Below are positions 19,713 through 28,846 of a stretch of DNA of 64,000 nucleotides, one piece after another. The translations under genes were made by a program, and so were the position numbers. The DNA comes from an uncultured bacterium (GTDB lineage: Bacteria; Patescibacteriota; Minisyncoccia; Phycocordibacterales; GWA1-40-21). The DNA is taken from NCBI GenBank assembly GCA_903850545.1, contig CAINLW010000009.1:2311-66310 (forward strand), written 5' to 3'. The notes beneath the pieces are model-generated. The model was not told the DNA's origin and made no database searches. It saw only the letters and a program-made list of their open reading frames with translations. The stretch's first letter is position 1, and each line of letters starts with the position of its first letter.

Positions 19713-19979
19713 TAAACCCCCAATATTTTATGATATTTGTGATACTCAGTCTCTTATATTCAAACAACATTTCAAATACAAAAAACAGTTTTTGTACATC
19801 TGCCACTAAATATAGTAGATAGAAAAAATATGTCAATTCAAGTAAACGCTCGTATCTTTTGAAAAACGTATCATGAGTAGCTCCTAAAGTGTATCAAAGG
19901 GTTATCATTTTTTTGTGATTAACCTTTTTATATCTTAAATAGATTGGTAATATTTTAATATAAAAGATATAATACAAAT

Positions 19980-20255
19980 GTGAAAAGCGAAGATGTATTC
20001 AAAAGAATAAAAACTTTAGAAAATATTTGGGAAGTAAAACCCGAACTCGCAATAGATGTTATTGCTATGCATGAAAACGCTACAAAACTATGGTTATCTA
20101 GAAACAAGGCTGAAGAAGAAAAACAAAGAAAACTCGCTAATGTTTTTATTGGAGCATGTATAGCAGCAAACAGACTTGGCATATCGGATATTCCAAAAAT
20201 TATTGAAAATCGTTTAGTTGAACTTGAGAAATTGGCTAAAGAAAAGAAAAACTAA
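19980..20255 (+). CDS. Small all-alpha protein, MazG-like NTP pyrophosphohydrolase fold, tentative
   Basis: GTG start. ELAIDVIAMHE..LANVFIGACIAANRLGISD resembles the MazG/HisE helical core. Confidence 0.3.
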   Translation: MKSEDVFKRIKTLENIWEVKPELAIDVIAMHENATKLWLSRNKAEEEKQRKLANVFIGACIAANRLGISDIPKIIENRLVELEKLAKEKKN

Positions 20256-20302
20256 TTTTTTAGTAGTTTTTTTATTTCAAATAATCTCATTATTTATTAA
20301 AA

Positions 20303-20350
20303 TAAAAAAAGTAGCCGCTTCTATTTGTGTAAACAAATAGAAGCGGCTAC
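20303..20350 (-). terminator. Rho-independent terminator (perfect 18-bp stem) after repeat-protein gene A
   Basis: gtagccgcttctatttgt-gtaa-acaaatagaagcggctac preceded on the plus strand by A7. Confidence 0.7.
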
Positions 20351-20365
20351 AATGTTTGTAGATAG

Positions 20366-21181
20366 TTATTTTTCCTCCTTATTATTAATTATTTGGGCCA
20401 TCCTCCTAATGGCATCGCAAGACTCTTGAGAATGATGTTCTGTTTTCTTGAAAACAAATAAACAATCTTTGACGTTTTCAGTAGTGATCAAAGCCTTTTT
20501 AATAGCACTGGACTTAACGATACTTTCATCCGGAGAATCTTTCCACACTTTCATGCATTCCTTGAATGTCGTGGCGACTTCAAGTCTAGACTCGAGTATT
20601 TCGTTTATTTTATGAAGGGCTTTCGCTTGAACAGCGTCACTATATGAATCCCGTAGAACTTCCATGTAATCCCCAAATGTTAAAGCAGTTTCTAGCTTTA
20701 CCTCAAGAAGTTTTTCAATTTTCTCTGACACTTTTAGTTCAATGCAGTTACATATTTGCCGATCATCATCACGATCAATAATCTTTTCACATTCTTTAAT
20801 GGTCGTTGCAAATGTTACAGCTTTTTCCAACAACGCTTTCTGGAAAATACTAACATCACAATCATCAAAGTCCGTGTCGCCATCATCATCACAAAAAATT
20901 AACATATCATAAATCTTCATACACCCCCTGAATGTCGTGGCGTCTTCAACCTCCTTTTTAATAAGCTCCTCAATCTTTTCCTGCGCTTTTTCATAGATAT
21001 TCCTATCAGCAATATCACAATACTTAATTTCCCGACATTCGTTAAGTGTCTTGGCATTTTCGAGTCTCAAGTAAAGATCTGCATGTTTTTTTTCAATGTT
21101 TCCCAATGCCGACTCCGCAAAATATGTTCCGCCGAGGCCTAGAATACTCGCGATTTTTTCCACCAATATTTTTCTGTCCAT
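20366..21181 (-). CDS. Repeat protein, paralog A (~45-aa alpha-helical repeats with A-T-T-F-x-E/G-C-x-K-[IV]-[WY] cores)
   Basis: Internal repeats DATTFRGCMKIYD / ALTFGDYMEVLRDSYSD / VATTFKECMKVWKDSPDE. AAGGAG Shine-Dalgarno 8 nt before ATG(21181). C-terminal CDAIRRMAQIINNKEEK parallels the paralog. Confidence 0.55.
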   Translation of the reverse strand: MDRKILVEKIASILGLGGTYFAESALGNIEKKHADLYLRLENAKTLNECREIKYCDIADRNIYEKAQEKIEELIKKEVEDATTFRGCMKIYDMLIFCDDDGDTDFDDCDVSIFQKALLEKAVTFATTIKECEKIIDRDDDRQICNCIELKVSEKIEKLLEVKLETALTFGDYMEVLRDSYSDAVQAKALHKINEILESRLEVATTFKECMKVWKDSPDESIVKSSAIKKALITTENVKDCLFVFKKTEHHSQESCDAIRRMAQIINNKEEK

Positions 21182-21261
21182 ATACTCGTCTCCTTTAACT
21201 ACAGTTTTTTTAAAGAACTATTTGTTCCAATCAATAATTAAGCATAATCTTTTGAATAAAT

Positions 21262-21288
21262 AAAAAAAGCGAGGATGCCCTCGGTAAA
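21262..21288 (-). promoter_or_regulatory. 27-nt element aaaaaagcgaggatgccctcggtaaaa, copy 1 (weak terminator-like hairpin or shared regulatory site)
   Basis: An identical copy lies at 22335-22361. Each sits ~75-80 nt upstream of a repeat-protein start codon. Confidence 0.4.
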
Positions 21289-21368
21289 ATAGATAATAAA
21301 AATGTCGCACTTGGGATAAAACCAAATGCGACATAAGATCACGTATAACAAATATTCTGCAGAATGAA

Positions 21369-22259
21369 TTATTTTACCTCCTTTCTTTCTATAATCCTTG
21401 CCATCTTTCTGATGACACGACACATTTGTGAACCCCCATCTATAAGTCCATAATTCTTATCCATAAGAATATCTGAGCATTCCTTTGCAGTTCTGGCGAC
21501 ATCAATGGCTCTGTTAGCAATCTTTTTTTGAAGCCATGTGGAATTACTCCCTTCGTCTAAGTCGAGGAGCATATCGTAAAGTTCTTTCATTGAGGCCTTC
21601 AGTAATGCTTTTTTCAAAGACTCACGCTCTATGTAGTCACAATAATCGGGGGAATCTTCATATATCTCCCAGTATTCCTCAGTACTGGTAGCCACCTTAA
21701 GTCTCTGCATGAGAAGTTTTTTTACTTTTTTTCGTGCCTTAAGCTTAATGCGAGGGTCAATACAACCACTAGAAACATCCTCACATTCCCCGACAGTTTT
21801 GGCTGTCTTTAGCTCTCTTCGCATAAGTTTATCCACCATTTCTTTAGCTTTTTGTTTGGTTTTGGTGTTAGCTAAAGGATGATCGCTGATCTCAGAATAC
21901 TCAGAATATCCGAACCAGTCGCCACGACCCTCTTTTGCAATTGTAACAAGTTTTAATTGAAGAAGTTCGTTGAGCTTTTTTCGTGCCATCCTTTTAATGT
22001 CAGTACCTTGGGAATTATAAAGACACTCGCATTCTTTAATTGTTTTTGTGGTCAATATAATTTTATCCAAGATTTTTTGTCTGATATCGCTACCTTTTGG
22101 AGAATATATGTAAACCTTATAGCAATCTCTGGGTGTCGTGGCACATTCGAGTCTCTCTTCTAGTTCGGTAATTGACATCAACCCTAGAGTAAACCTCACG
22201 CTACAAGAACTATTTTCACCGAGAATCTTGACGATTTTTGCCGACGTATCAGTATTCAT
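21369..22259 (-). CDS. Repeat protein, paralog B
   Basis: Start moved to MNTDTSAK (GGAGG Shine-Dalgarno 7 nt upstream; the listed ORF begins 20 codons earlier). Repeats CATTPRDCYKVYIYSPKGSD / VATSTEEYWEIYEDSPDY / VARTAKECSDIL. C-terminal CRVIRKMARIIERKEVK. Confidence 0.55.
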   Translation of the reverse strand: MNTDTSAKIVKILGENSSCSVRFTLGLMSITELEERLECATTPRDCYKVYIYSPKGSDIRQKILDKIILTTKTIKECECLYNSQGTDIKRMARKKLNELLQLKLVTIAKEGRGDWFGYSEYSEISDHPLANTKTKQKAKEMVDKLMRRELKTAKTVGECEDVSSGCIDPRIKLKARKKVKKLLMQRLKVATSTEEYWEIYEDSPDYCDYIERESLKKALLKASMKELYDMLLDLDEGSNSTWLQKKIANRAIDVARTAKECSDILMDKNYGLIDGGSQMCRVIRKMARIIERKEVK

Positions 22260-22334
22260 TTCATTATCCTCCGTTTTAATTTTAAAGACCAATATTTTCT
22301 CCATTCCATGAATAATCATAGTCGTTCTATAAAA

Positions 22335-22361
22335 TTAAAAAAGCGAGGATGCCCTCGGTAA
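22335..22361 (-). promoter_or_regulatory. 27-nt element aaaaaagcgaggatgccctcggtaaaa, copy 2
   Basis: Identical to 21262-21288. Confidence 0.4.
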
Positions 22362-22392
22362 AAATTTTAAAGCTTAATTTTTTTAAACTTAA

Positions 22393-23103
22393 CTAAATGT
22401 CGCTTTGAATATCCTCCCTGAAAAAATATTGAACAGACTTATTTGTTTTCTTTTTAAGATCCTTCAAAACAATTTTTATGCTTTTAATTGAATCAAATTT
22501 AGATGATTCGTTTTTAATTGCAATATTTATTGGCACCCACATATTATGTCCAAAATCTGTATCTTCTATTAATTTTCCTGAATATTTATTCGCGAAGGCA
22601 ATGACAAACAGGACGTCAGAGAAAAGTTCTCCAGATTTATACATAATTCTTCTTTCACATCCAAGAATTTTGAACTTCGCATCAAGTCCAGTTTCTTGCC
22701 TTAATTTTCTGCTAGCAGCATCTTCAAATAATTCTCCTTTAAGTACTACGCCACCCATGACCCCGACTTTTCCATATGAAGGATTAGATTTTCTAATTTG
22801 ATTTAATATTTCTAATTTTCCACCTACAGTTCTTGAAACAATAGTGATAACTTTAACACCAAACAAAGCATCCTCCAATTTGTTGCTTGTGTGGGGATCA
22901 GCTACATATTTCAAACCTTGAGCTGATAGATAGTATTTTGAGTTTTCTTTGGTCAATAACCCCTTTTTTACCAAATGCTGTAAATGATAATTAAATAAGT
23001 CGTTTGGCGTTCCCTGAGGATGCAAATCTGCGTATCTTAAAACATCAGCATTCTTAAGCTTGGAAATAATATAATCTTGGATTGGTGAAAGTTTAGATGT
23101 CAT
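22393..23103 (-). CDS. Winged-helix DNA-binding domain fused to a degenerate Nudix domain (NrtR-like regulator candidate)
   Basis: N-terminal helix-turn-helix-like region. Nudix-box remnant GGVVLKGELFEDAASRKLRQETGLD, in which the REUxEE glutamates are replaced (RKLRQE). Confidence 0.5.
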   Translation of the reverse strand: MTSKLSPIQDYIISKLKNADVLRYADLHPQGTPNDLFNYHLQHLVKKGLLTKENSKYYLSAQGLKYVADPHTSNKLEDALFGVKVITIVSRTVGGKLEILNQIRKSNPSYGKVGVMGGVVLKGELFEDAASRKLRQETGLDAKFKILGCERRIMYKSGELFSDVLFVIAFANKYSGKLIEDTDFGHNMWVPINIAIKNESSKFDSIKSIKIVLKDLKKKTNKSVQYFFREDIQSDI

Positions 23104-23253
23104 GTATTTAAAGAATATACTTTATTTTGAGGAAAATGACAAAGAGTCTGTAGCGTTCTTATTTAATCAAGGTCTGTTTTTAAAGTTACTATTTTGTTTA
23201 TAATTTCTATTAACTGCTTGCTCCACCACAATATTTCATGATACCGTATTAAT

Positions 23254-23922
23254 ATGACAGTGTATGATAAACCACAACCGAAATCAGATGCTCTTGATCA
23301 TATTCGTATAGCAGTAGCCTTGATTCCTACAGAGCCTCTTTTTTCTAATATTATTGAGGCCAGTCAAGCTATAACTCGCCAATTTCAGAATTTTAACATT
23401 ATTGATAAAAATGTTTTTCCTCCTCATGCGTGCCTACATATTTGCACCATATCCAAAGACAAATTGCCACATTTCCTAAAAATAATTAATCAATTGTCCA
23501 ATACAACTTTCCCAATTTTTGATCCATCTATACTAATCAAGGGATCAACGGGCTACATCTCTTTTCAATTAAATATTTCCCCATTGATTCGTTCACTTCA
23601 CGAGAGTGTGTTATCAGCCGCTTTGACTGTTCGGGGAGATGACTATCAGGAAGACCCCGCTCGTTTAGCTCGCCTTTCGGTAGCTGACAGATTGAGCTTT
23701 CAGAAATATGGCAATCGTTTTATCTTCGACAAGTTCAATTTACACATATCCATTGCAAAGGTTGCGCAAGAACATCAAGATGAGGCTTTTGAAATCGCCA
23801 AAACGATCTTAAGCACACCTAAGGCAACGCCCGCAGCTGCTATTCAAGTTTGCGACATCGGAATGCGGAGCGAAAAATGGATCGTTTTATATAGTAAGAA
23901 AATGCAGGGAAAACGTCATTAA
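23254..23922 (+). CDS. 2H-phosphoesterase-like (LigT-like) protein, tentative
   Basis: Two H-x-[ST/C]-x-like motifs about 100 aa apart (PHACLHICTI and NLHISIAKV). GC content above the local average. Confidence 0.3.
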   Translation: MTVYDKPQPKSDALDHIRIAVALIPTEPLFSNIIEASQAITRQFQNFNIIDKNVFPPHACLHICTISKDKLPHFLKIINQLSNTTFPIFDPSILIKGSTGYISFQLNISPLIRSLHESVLSAALTVRGDDYQEDPARLARLSVADRLSFQKYGNRFIFDKFNLHISIAKVAQEHQDEAFEIAKTILSTPKATPAAAIQVCDIGMRSEKWIVLYSKKMQGKRH

Positions 23923-25238
23923 TTTAAATATATAGTTTTATCTTTCAAACTTATTTTACTTTTTAAACATCCCAGTAGTTCTCTCTTTTCTATATCTTTT
24001 CCTTCTCTAAGAATATATTTCGCATAATTTTTAATATCTATATCGGCTATTAGTATTTTTTCATTATTTCCGAGTATCATGTGATTAAATTTTTTGATTT
24101 CTTCAACTTTCGCTTTTATCTTCTCTTTTATTCCAATTTCATCTATATCAATTTTTTCAATTAGGGTTTCAAATTGTTTTATTAGATCTATTTCGTTTAT
24201 ATAACCTCCTTTGCAATTCCTGTCTCTTACCCTGGTACAGCTATAATAGACATGCCTGTGAATATTGCCGTTTTTTTGTTTTTTAAACTTTTCATCTGCT
24301 GTAATTCCAGATCCACAAAGTCCACAAGTCATTAATTTGGTAAAAGCAAATTCCTTACTTTCTGATTTAATAATCTGACTTTTTACTTGATTTTGTACTT
24401 GATCAAACAGTTCTTTGGTAATAAGTGGTTCATGTTTACCCGTATAGAAATTTCCACTTTTTAGTGGATATTCGAAAACTCCATAATAATACGGGTTTCC
24501 TAAAAGTTGATATATATTTCCGAAACTTAATCCTTTGTTACTTTTTACACTTTTGAAATTAATCTCAAACTTCAACCAATTATAGATTTTGTGACCACTC
24601 CATTTCTCATACGCCACCTTTTCAAACATTTTCTTGATTACCGGAGCTCGTTGATGATCAATTACTACGTATCCTTTTCTATCAACCCTTTTTTCGTTCA
24701 AATATCCTACTGGTGGAGGTCCTGGTCTTAATCCCATTTCACATTTAGTTCTTAACCCACGTTTTACATTTACTGATTTATTATCATTTTCTAATTTTGC
24801 TTGAGAACATAAAATCATTAATAAGAACTTTTCGTTTGGTGAATTTATAAATGATTGTCCATAAGTTCTTATTTGTAAAAGTAGTTTCTGATCCATTAAA
24901 TCAACAAGTGATCCAAGATCGCCAGCGTTTCTAGAAAGCCTATCTGGTGCCCAAGTAAGTATTCCGTTAAATCTTTCTTTTCTTATATCTTCAAGTATTT
25001 CTTTAAATATGGGTCTTTGTCCTGAATCTTTAGCTGAATGAGACTCTCTCCTTATATCAATAATCTCAAGTCCTTCTTTTTCAGCCAGTTCAAGCATTTC
25101 TTTTACTTGGGATTCTATAGATAAGATTTGGCGCTCCTCAGATTCTGTACTTTTTCTAGCATATAAACAATATTTAATCTTTGCGGTTGGTATTACAACC
25201 CTTGTACCAATCAAAGCGTTTGTCGCCTGTATTTCCAT
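23919..25238 (-). CDS. Large serine recombinase (resolvase/invertase catalytic domain + recombinase domain + Zn-ribbon)
   Basis: YCLYARKSTESEERQ..SIESQ catalytic-serine region. C-terminal Cys pairs (CGLCGS..CTRVRDRNCKGG). Confidence 0.8.
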   Translation of the reverse strand: MEIQATNALIGTRVVIPTAKIKYCLYARKSTESEERQILSIESQVKEMLELAEKEGLEIIDIRRESHSAKDSGQRPIFKEILEDIRKERFNGILTWAPDRLSRNAGDLGSLVDLMDQKLLLQIRTYGQSFINSPNEKFLLMILCSQAKLENDNKSVNVKRGLRTKCEMGLRPGPPPVGYLNEKRVDRKGYVVIDHQRAPVIKKMFEKVAYEKWSGHKIYNWLKFEINFKSVKSNKGLSFGNIYQLLGNPYYYGVFEYPLKSGNFYTGKHEPLITKELFDQVQNQVKSQIIKSESKEFAFTKLMTCGLCGSGITADEKFKKQKNGNIHRHVYYSCTRVRDRNCKGGYINEIDLIKQFETLIEKIDIDEIGIKEKIKAKVEEIKKFNHMILGNNEKILIADIDIKNYAKYILREGKDIEKRELLGCLKSKISLKDKTIYLN

Positions 25239-25424
25239 GTATTAATGGTGTCAGAGATAGTGTCTTTTGCTAAGCGATAGCTTGTTGGCAACTTTTCTTA
25301 GCAGAATAACTAATTAGCGATATGATCAAGGTAGATTAATAATTTAAAAAGAGTTATTATGTGTAGGACAACTAAATAAGAAGTAGCCTAAACCAGTAGT
25401 AATACTGGCATGGTGAAAGTAAGT

Positions 25425-25510
25425 CCGTTGAAGATAAAAAACCCATCATGTGGGATTTGTCTTCAACGGCCGTATCTGGAAACAGGTATGGAGGGTTCAA
25501 ACCCTCACTC
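25425..25510 (+). other. Structured region upstream of the recombinase: a 10-bp perfect inverted repeat plus a tRNA T-arm-like hairpin; candidate attachment site
   Basis: ccgttgaaga..tcttcaacgg (25425-25469). gaggg-TTCAAAC-ccctc (25491-25506) fits the TPsiC arm consensus, but no complete tRNA could be folded. Confidence 0.3.
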
Positions 25511-25570
25511 ACGTGATGGGCTTTTTGTTTTTCATCACTGGGTTTTAATAACAATTAATAATCTAATGAT

Positions 25571-26206
25571 ATGAAAATTCTCAGAAATATTTTGGGTATA
25601 GGTATCGGTCTTGTTTCTATTGGTTTGTTATTTAGTAAACCAATTTCAGGTATCGTAGGTCTTATTTTTGCAATAAGCTTTTTACCAAAAACGTGGTCTT
25701 ATCTTTCTAAGAAATATAATTTAAATATTCCTAAGCTCTATAAAATATTAATCGTTGTTGTATTACTTTTTGTTTTCTTTAGTCTTTTACCTCAATCAGC
25801 ACCTCAAGTCCAAAATGTTATTAACAATGAAGCTAGTTCAACTACAAATATAATTGATAAAGAAAAAACACAAAGTCTAAATGGTGGTATTAAGTTTAGT
25901 CTTGATAAGGATTACGGATTCGGTGTCATCACTGTTACAAACAAAGATAGCTTTGATTGGAAAGATTGTGTCTTTTCAGTTCCTCTTGCAAAAACTAATC
26001 CTCTTACAATATTAAAAGGAGATTATATGCCTATAACAGCATCTGATTTCTTTAATGATCCTGAGTTTAATAATGGTGGAAAACAAATGACTATGGATGA
26101 TGGCACTTTCAGAAATATAGGAGGTGCTATTAATGTCCAGTGCAGTAATGGTCAAAGCTCAATTGATAATGTTGCTAAAAATTTTAGTAATATAACTGTA
26201 AAATAA
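25571..26206 (+). CDS. Secreted/membrane-anchored hypothetical protein
   Basis: N-terminal hydrophobic segments. Thr/Asn-rich. Confidence 0.4.
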   Translation: MKILRNILGIGIGLVSIGLLFSKPISGIVGLIFAISFLPKTWSYLSKKYNLNIPKLYKILIVVVLLFVFFSLLPQSAPQVQNVINNEASSTTNIIDKEKTQSLNGGIKFSLDKDYGFGVITVTNKDSFDWKDCVFSVPLAKTNPLTILKGDYMPITASDFFNDPEFNNGGKQMTMDDGTFRNIGGAINVQCSNGQSSIDNVAKNFSNITVK

Positions 26207-26210
26207 AATT

Positions 26211-26927
26211 ATGAAAAAAAAGATAATAGTTCTATCTTTCTTTTCACTCCTTATGATAGGGGGTGCTTCAACCGTATTCGCTATTTATGGTATCCAAACA
26301 AAAATAATTAATTGTGTCGCTAACCAAACTTTACAAGACCCTGCTTGCACTCCAGGAGCAGTTTTAACGACGAGTACAACTACAATTTGTAAAACTGGTT
26401 ATACAACAACGGTTCGTGACGTTTCAGTAGCTACCAAAAAGAAAGTTTTTAAGGAATATGGCATTGATTATTCTTTACATTCAAATTATGAAGTTGATCA
26501 TCTAATCAGCCTTGAGCTTGGAGGAAGTAATGATATATCGAATCTTTTTCCCGAGTCATATTTGATTAAAGATAATGCCAGAATAAAAGATAAACTAGAA
26601 AACTATTTGCATAGTAAAGTTTGCAGTGGAAAAATGTCTATCACCGAAGCTCAAAAAGAAATATCAACCAATTGGCTTTATTATTACGATCTTTATTACA
26701 ATGTAAAAGTCGCAACAACTTCAAAAAGCGTTTTACCTGCGACAACTACTTCTATTGTTCCCACCAAATCAATAGCCACATCTTCTACAAATTTTCCCTC
26801 AGTAAAGAAAAGTTTAACTGGTCTTTGCCATGCTTTAGGCACAAGATATTATACTCAGACTTTAAATTACACAGGTTACAATTCGATTGGCGCTTGTTTG
26901 GCAAGTGGAGGAAAATTACCGAAATAA
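26211..26927 (+). CDS. Secreted HNH-family nuclease
   Basis: Signal-peptide-like N-terminus. HNH signature YEVDHLISLELGGSNDISNLFPE. Confidence 0.6.
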   Translation: MKKKIIVLSFFSLLMIGGASTVFAIYGIQTKIINCVANQTLQDPACTPGAVLTTSTTTICKTGYTTTVRDVSVATKKKVFKEYGIDYSLHSNYEVDHLISLELGGSNDISNLFPESYLIKDNARIKDKLENYLHSKVCSGKMSITEAQKEISTNWLYYYDLYYNVKVATTSKSVLPATTTSIVPTKSIATSSTNFPSVKKSLTGLCHALGTRYYTQTLNYTGYNSIGACLASGGKLPK

Positions 26928-26928
26928 A

Positions 26929-28455
26929 TTATCTAAAAAACGGTTTCCAATTTGCTCCAGTAATACCCATAGCTTGGTCAAGATCACTCTCATTAGTATG
27001 ATGATTACTATGATAAATATAACTAATGGATGGTGTACTTTTTGAATCCTCAAACATTTGTAAGATAAGCATTGTCGTGGCGTCAACCAAATCGTCATGC
27101 TTTTCTTTTCCGAAACCCAATATTTGTTCCACTAACTCCTCATTACCTTTATCAGCAAAAACTACACGTCCAAGTTCAATTAAAGCAGAAACAGCCATAA
27201 GTCGATCCTCTTTACTCCAACCTCTTACTGGAAATGGTCTGGCTGGTATTCCCTCAGCCCTTAAGAGATCTGTGATAATTCCTTGGAAGTTTACATCTTC
27301 AACATACACTCGGGAATATGATCCATTATCAGGATTTCGTGAAAGACTTTTAACTCTGCTGATTATTTGGTCAGTAGTTAACCTCGCATTTACTGGATTT
27401 GGTAAAATGTACAATTTTCTATCTTTTCCTGAACCATAGATTTTACCCGAAACCATAGCTGTGTAATCTGCGCCAGCCTTTTGTGATCTTGCAGGGTCAA
27501 TTGAAAGAGCACTGAATCTTAGACTTACTCCAACAGGCAGTTCAGAATAGTGGTGAATATGTTCTCTCTTAATAATCTGATAATCGTTATCGACGATTCT
27601 TAACATATACTCTCTTTGCCAAGTTAGGTCACTAAAACATTTTGATTTTTCATCATCTATATCTTTTTGTGTTTTAAATTTGCCAGGCCAAAGTGGTACA
27701 TTATTTTCATCAATAATTGGAAATTTTCTGAAAACATTTCTTGGATCATTGTTTTGAAAGAATTTTTCCATTCTCATGAGTGTCGAATCGTTGTGCAAGG
27801 GCGTGCCGATGAAAACAAGTTGAGTGTTTCTTTCACCTGCGGGTATGACATCACCTGTTAGCCAGTCATACATTTTATCTCTGTTTTCTTGTGTTCGTAC
27901 TGAATCCGAATCTTCTATATCGTCAGCGATGATCAAGTCTGGTCTATGCTGAAAATGCCTTATACCTCGAATATTTTGCCCAATAGAGCGAGTTGAAATA
28001 TTAGCTCCATATTGAGGAAGAAGAATAGACTGTGTTCCTTCCTGATCGACTTCTTCTTTGAATGGTCCGAAGTCACGTCTAAAGTCATCATTTTCTTCCA
28101 ATTCCTTTTTTATATCGGTAAGGTGTATCTGAGTACTTAGTTGTGTGTGACCTAGAATAAGGATAAACTTTTTCTGCTTTACGCCGACAATTGACCAGAT
28201 GACATACGAAAGAGTGATAATGGTGCTTTTGGCGCTACCCCTAAAAGCGGTAATAACGATATTACGAAGATCAGGATTTTCCGTGAGGTTGAAAATTTCT
28301 CTGTGGAAATCCGCAGTTGGAAATTCTGCATACTTTCTACCGAAGTAATAATGGAAAAACCAATAATGGCTTTTCCTTACCATTGCTAGACGGAATGTTT
28401 TATCTTTAATCATCTGATCGATAATATATTCCTCACTAGGATTTAGGTTGTTCAT
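26929..28455 (-). CDS. Phage terminase large subunit
   Basis: ATPase motif ITAFRGSAKST. Terminase-like length and C-terminal nuclease-like region. Overlaps the upstream small subunit by 20 nt. Confidence 0.75.
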   Translation of the reverse strand: MNNLNPSEEYIIDQMIKDKTFRLAMVRKSHYWFFHYYFGRKYAEFPTADFHREIFNLTENPDLRNIVITAFRGSAKSTIITLSYVIWSIVGVKQKKFILILGHTQLSTQIHLTDIKKELEENDDFRRDFGPFKEEVDQEGTQSILLPQYGANISTRSIGQNIRGIRHFQHRPDLIIADDIEDSDSVRTQENRDKMYDWLTGDVIPAGERNTQLVFIGTPLHNDSTLMRMEKFFQNNDPRNVFRKFPIIDENNVPLWPGKFKTQKDIDDEKSKCFSDLTWQREYMLRIVDNDYQIIKREHIHHYSELPVGVSLRFSALSIDPARSQKAGADYTAMVSGKIYGSGKDRKLYILPNPVNARLTTDQIISRVKSLSRNPDNGSYSRVYVEDVNFQGIITDLLRAEGIPARPFPVRGWSKEDRLMAVSALIELGRVVFADKGNEELVEQILGFGKEKHDDLVDATTMLILQMFEDSKSTPSISYIYHSNHHTNESDLDQAMGITGANWKPFFR

Positions 28456-28846
28456 TTGAGTTTTGATTATTATTTGGTAATGCTAGACGGAGGGCTTCAC
28501 GAAGTAATTTTTCTTGCTCTGGATCGAGGATTTCTTTTTCGTTTTTTATCGTTCCTACTATCTCAACCTTTTCTTTGAATTTTGGATTTCGATGCCTTAA
28601 CCAAAAAGAAAGGGCATTCCAATTTTTTTCTTTTATAAGTGTGAGCAGTTGGCTTTCGGAAATGTCATTGATTAAGGCTTCACCGTCGGCTAATGCTTCT
28701 TCCATATCTTTTGCAAATTCCTTATCTGTATTTTTCCACCTATACAAGCTGACTCTAGATATTGCTACTTTTTCACAGGCAACCTCAATAATCGGAATTT
28801 TTCTTAACTCTACCAGAAACTGATTTTTTACTTTATTCTTTTTCAT
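28436..28846 (-). CDS. Phage terminase small subunit-like helix-turn-helix protein
   Basis: ISRVSLYRWKN helix-turn-helix. Position immediately upstream of the terminase large subunit. Confidence 0.45.
   Translation of the reverse strand: MKKNKVKNQFLVELRKIPIIEVACEKVAISRVSLYRWKNTDKEFAKDMEEALADGEALINDISESQLLTLIKEKNWNALSFWLRHRNPKFKEKVEIVGTIKNEKEILDPEQEKLLREALRLALPNNNQNSNEQPKS

Noticed and set aside
25372-25554. 60-aa minus-strand ORF upstream of the serine recombinase
   Set aside because: Overlaps the structured inverted-repeat / tRNA-arm-like region. No Shine-Dalgarno sequence. Likely non-coding att-like sequence.
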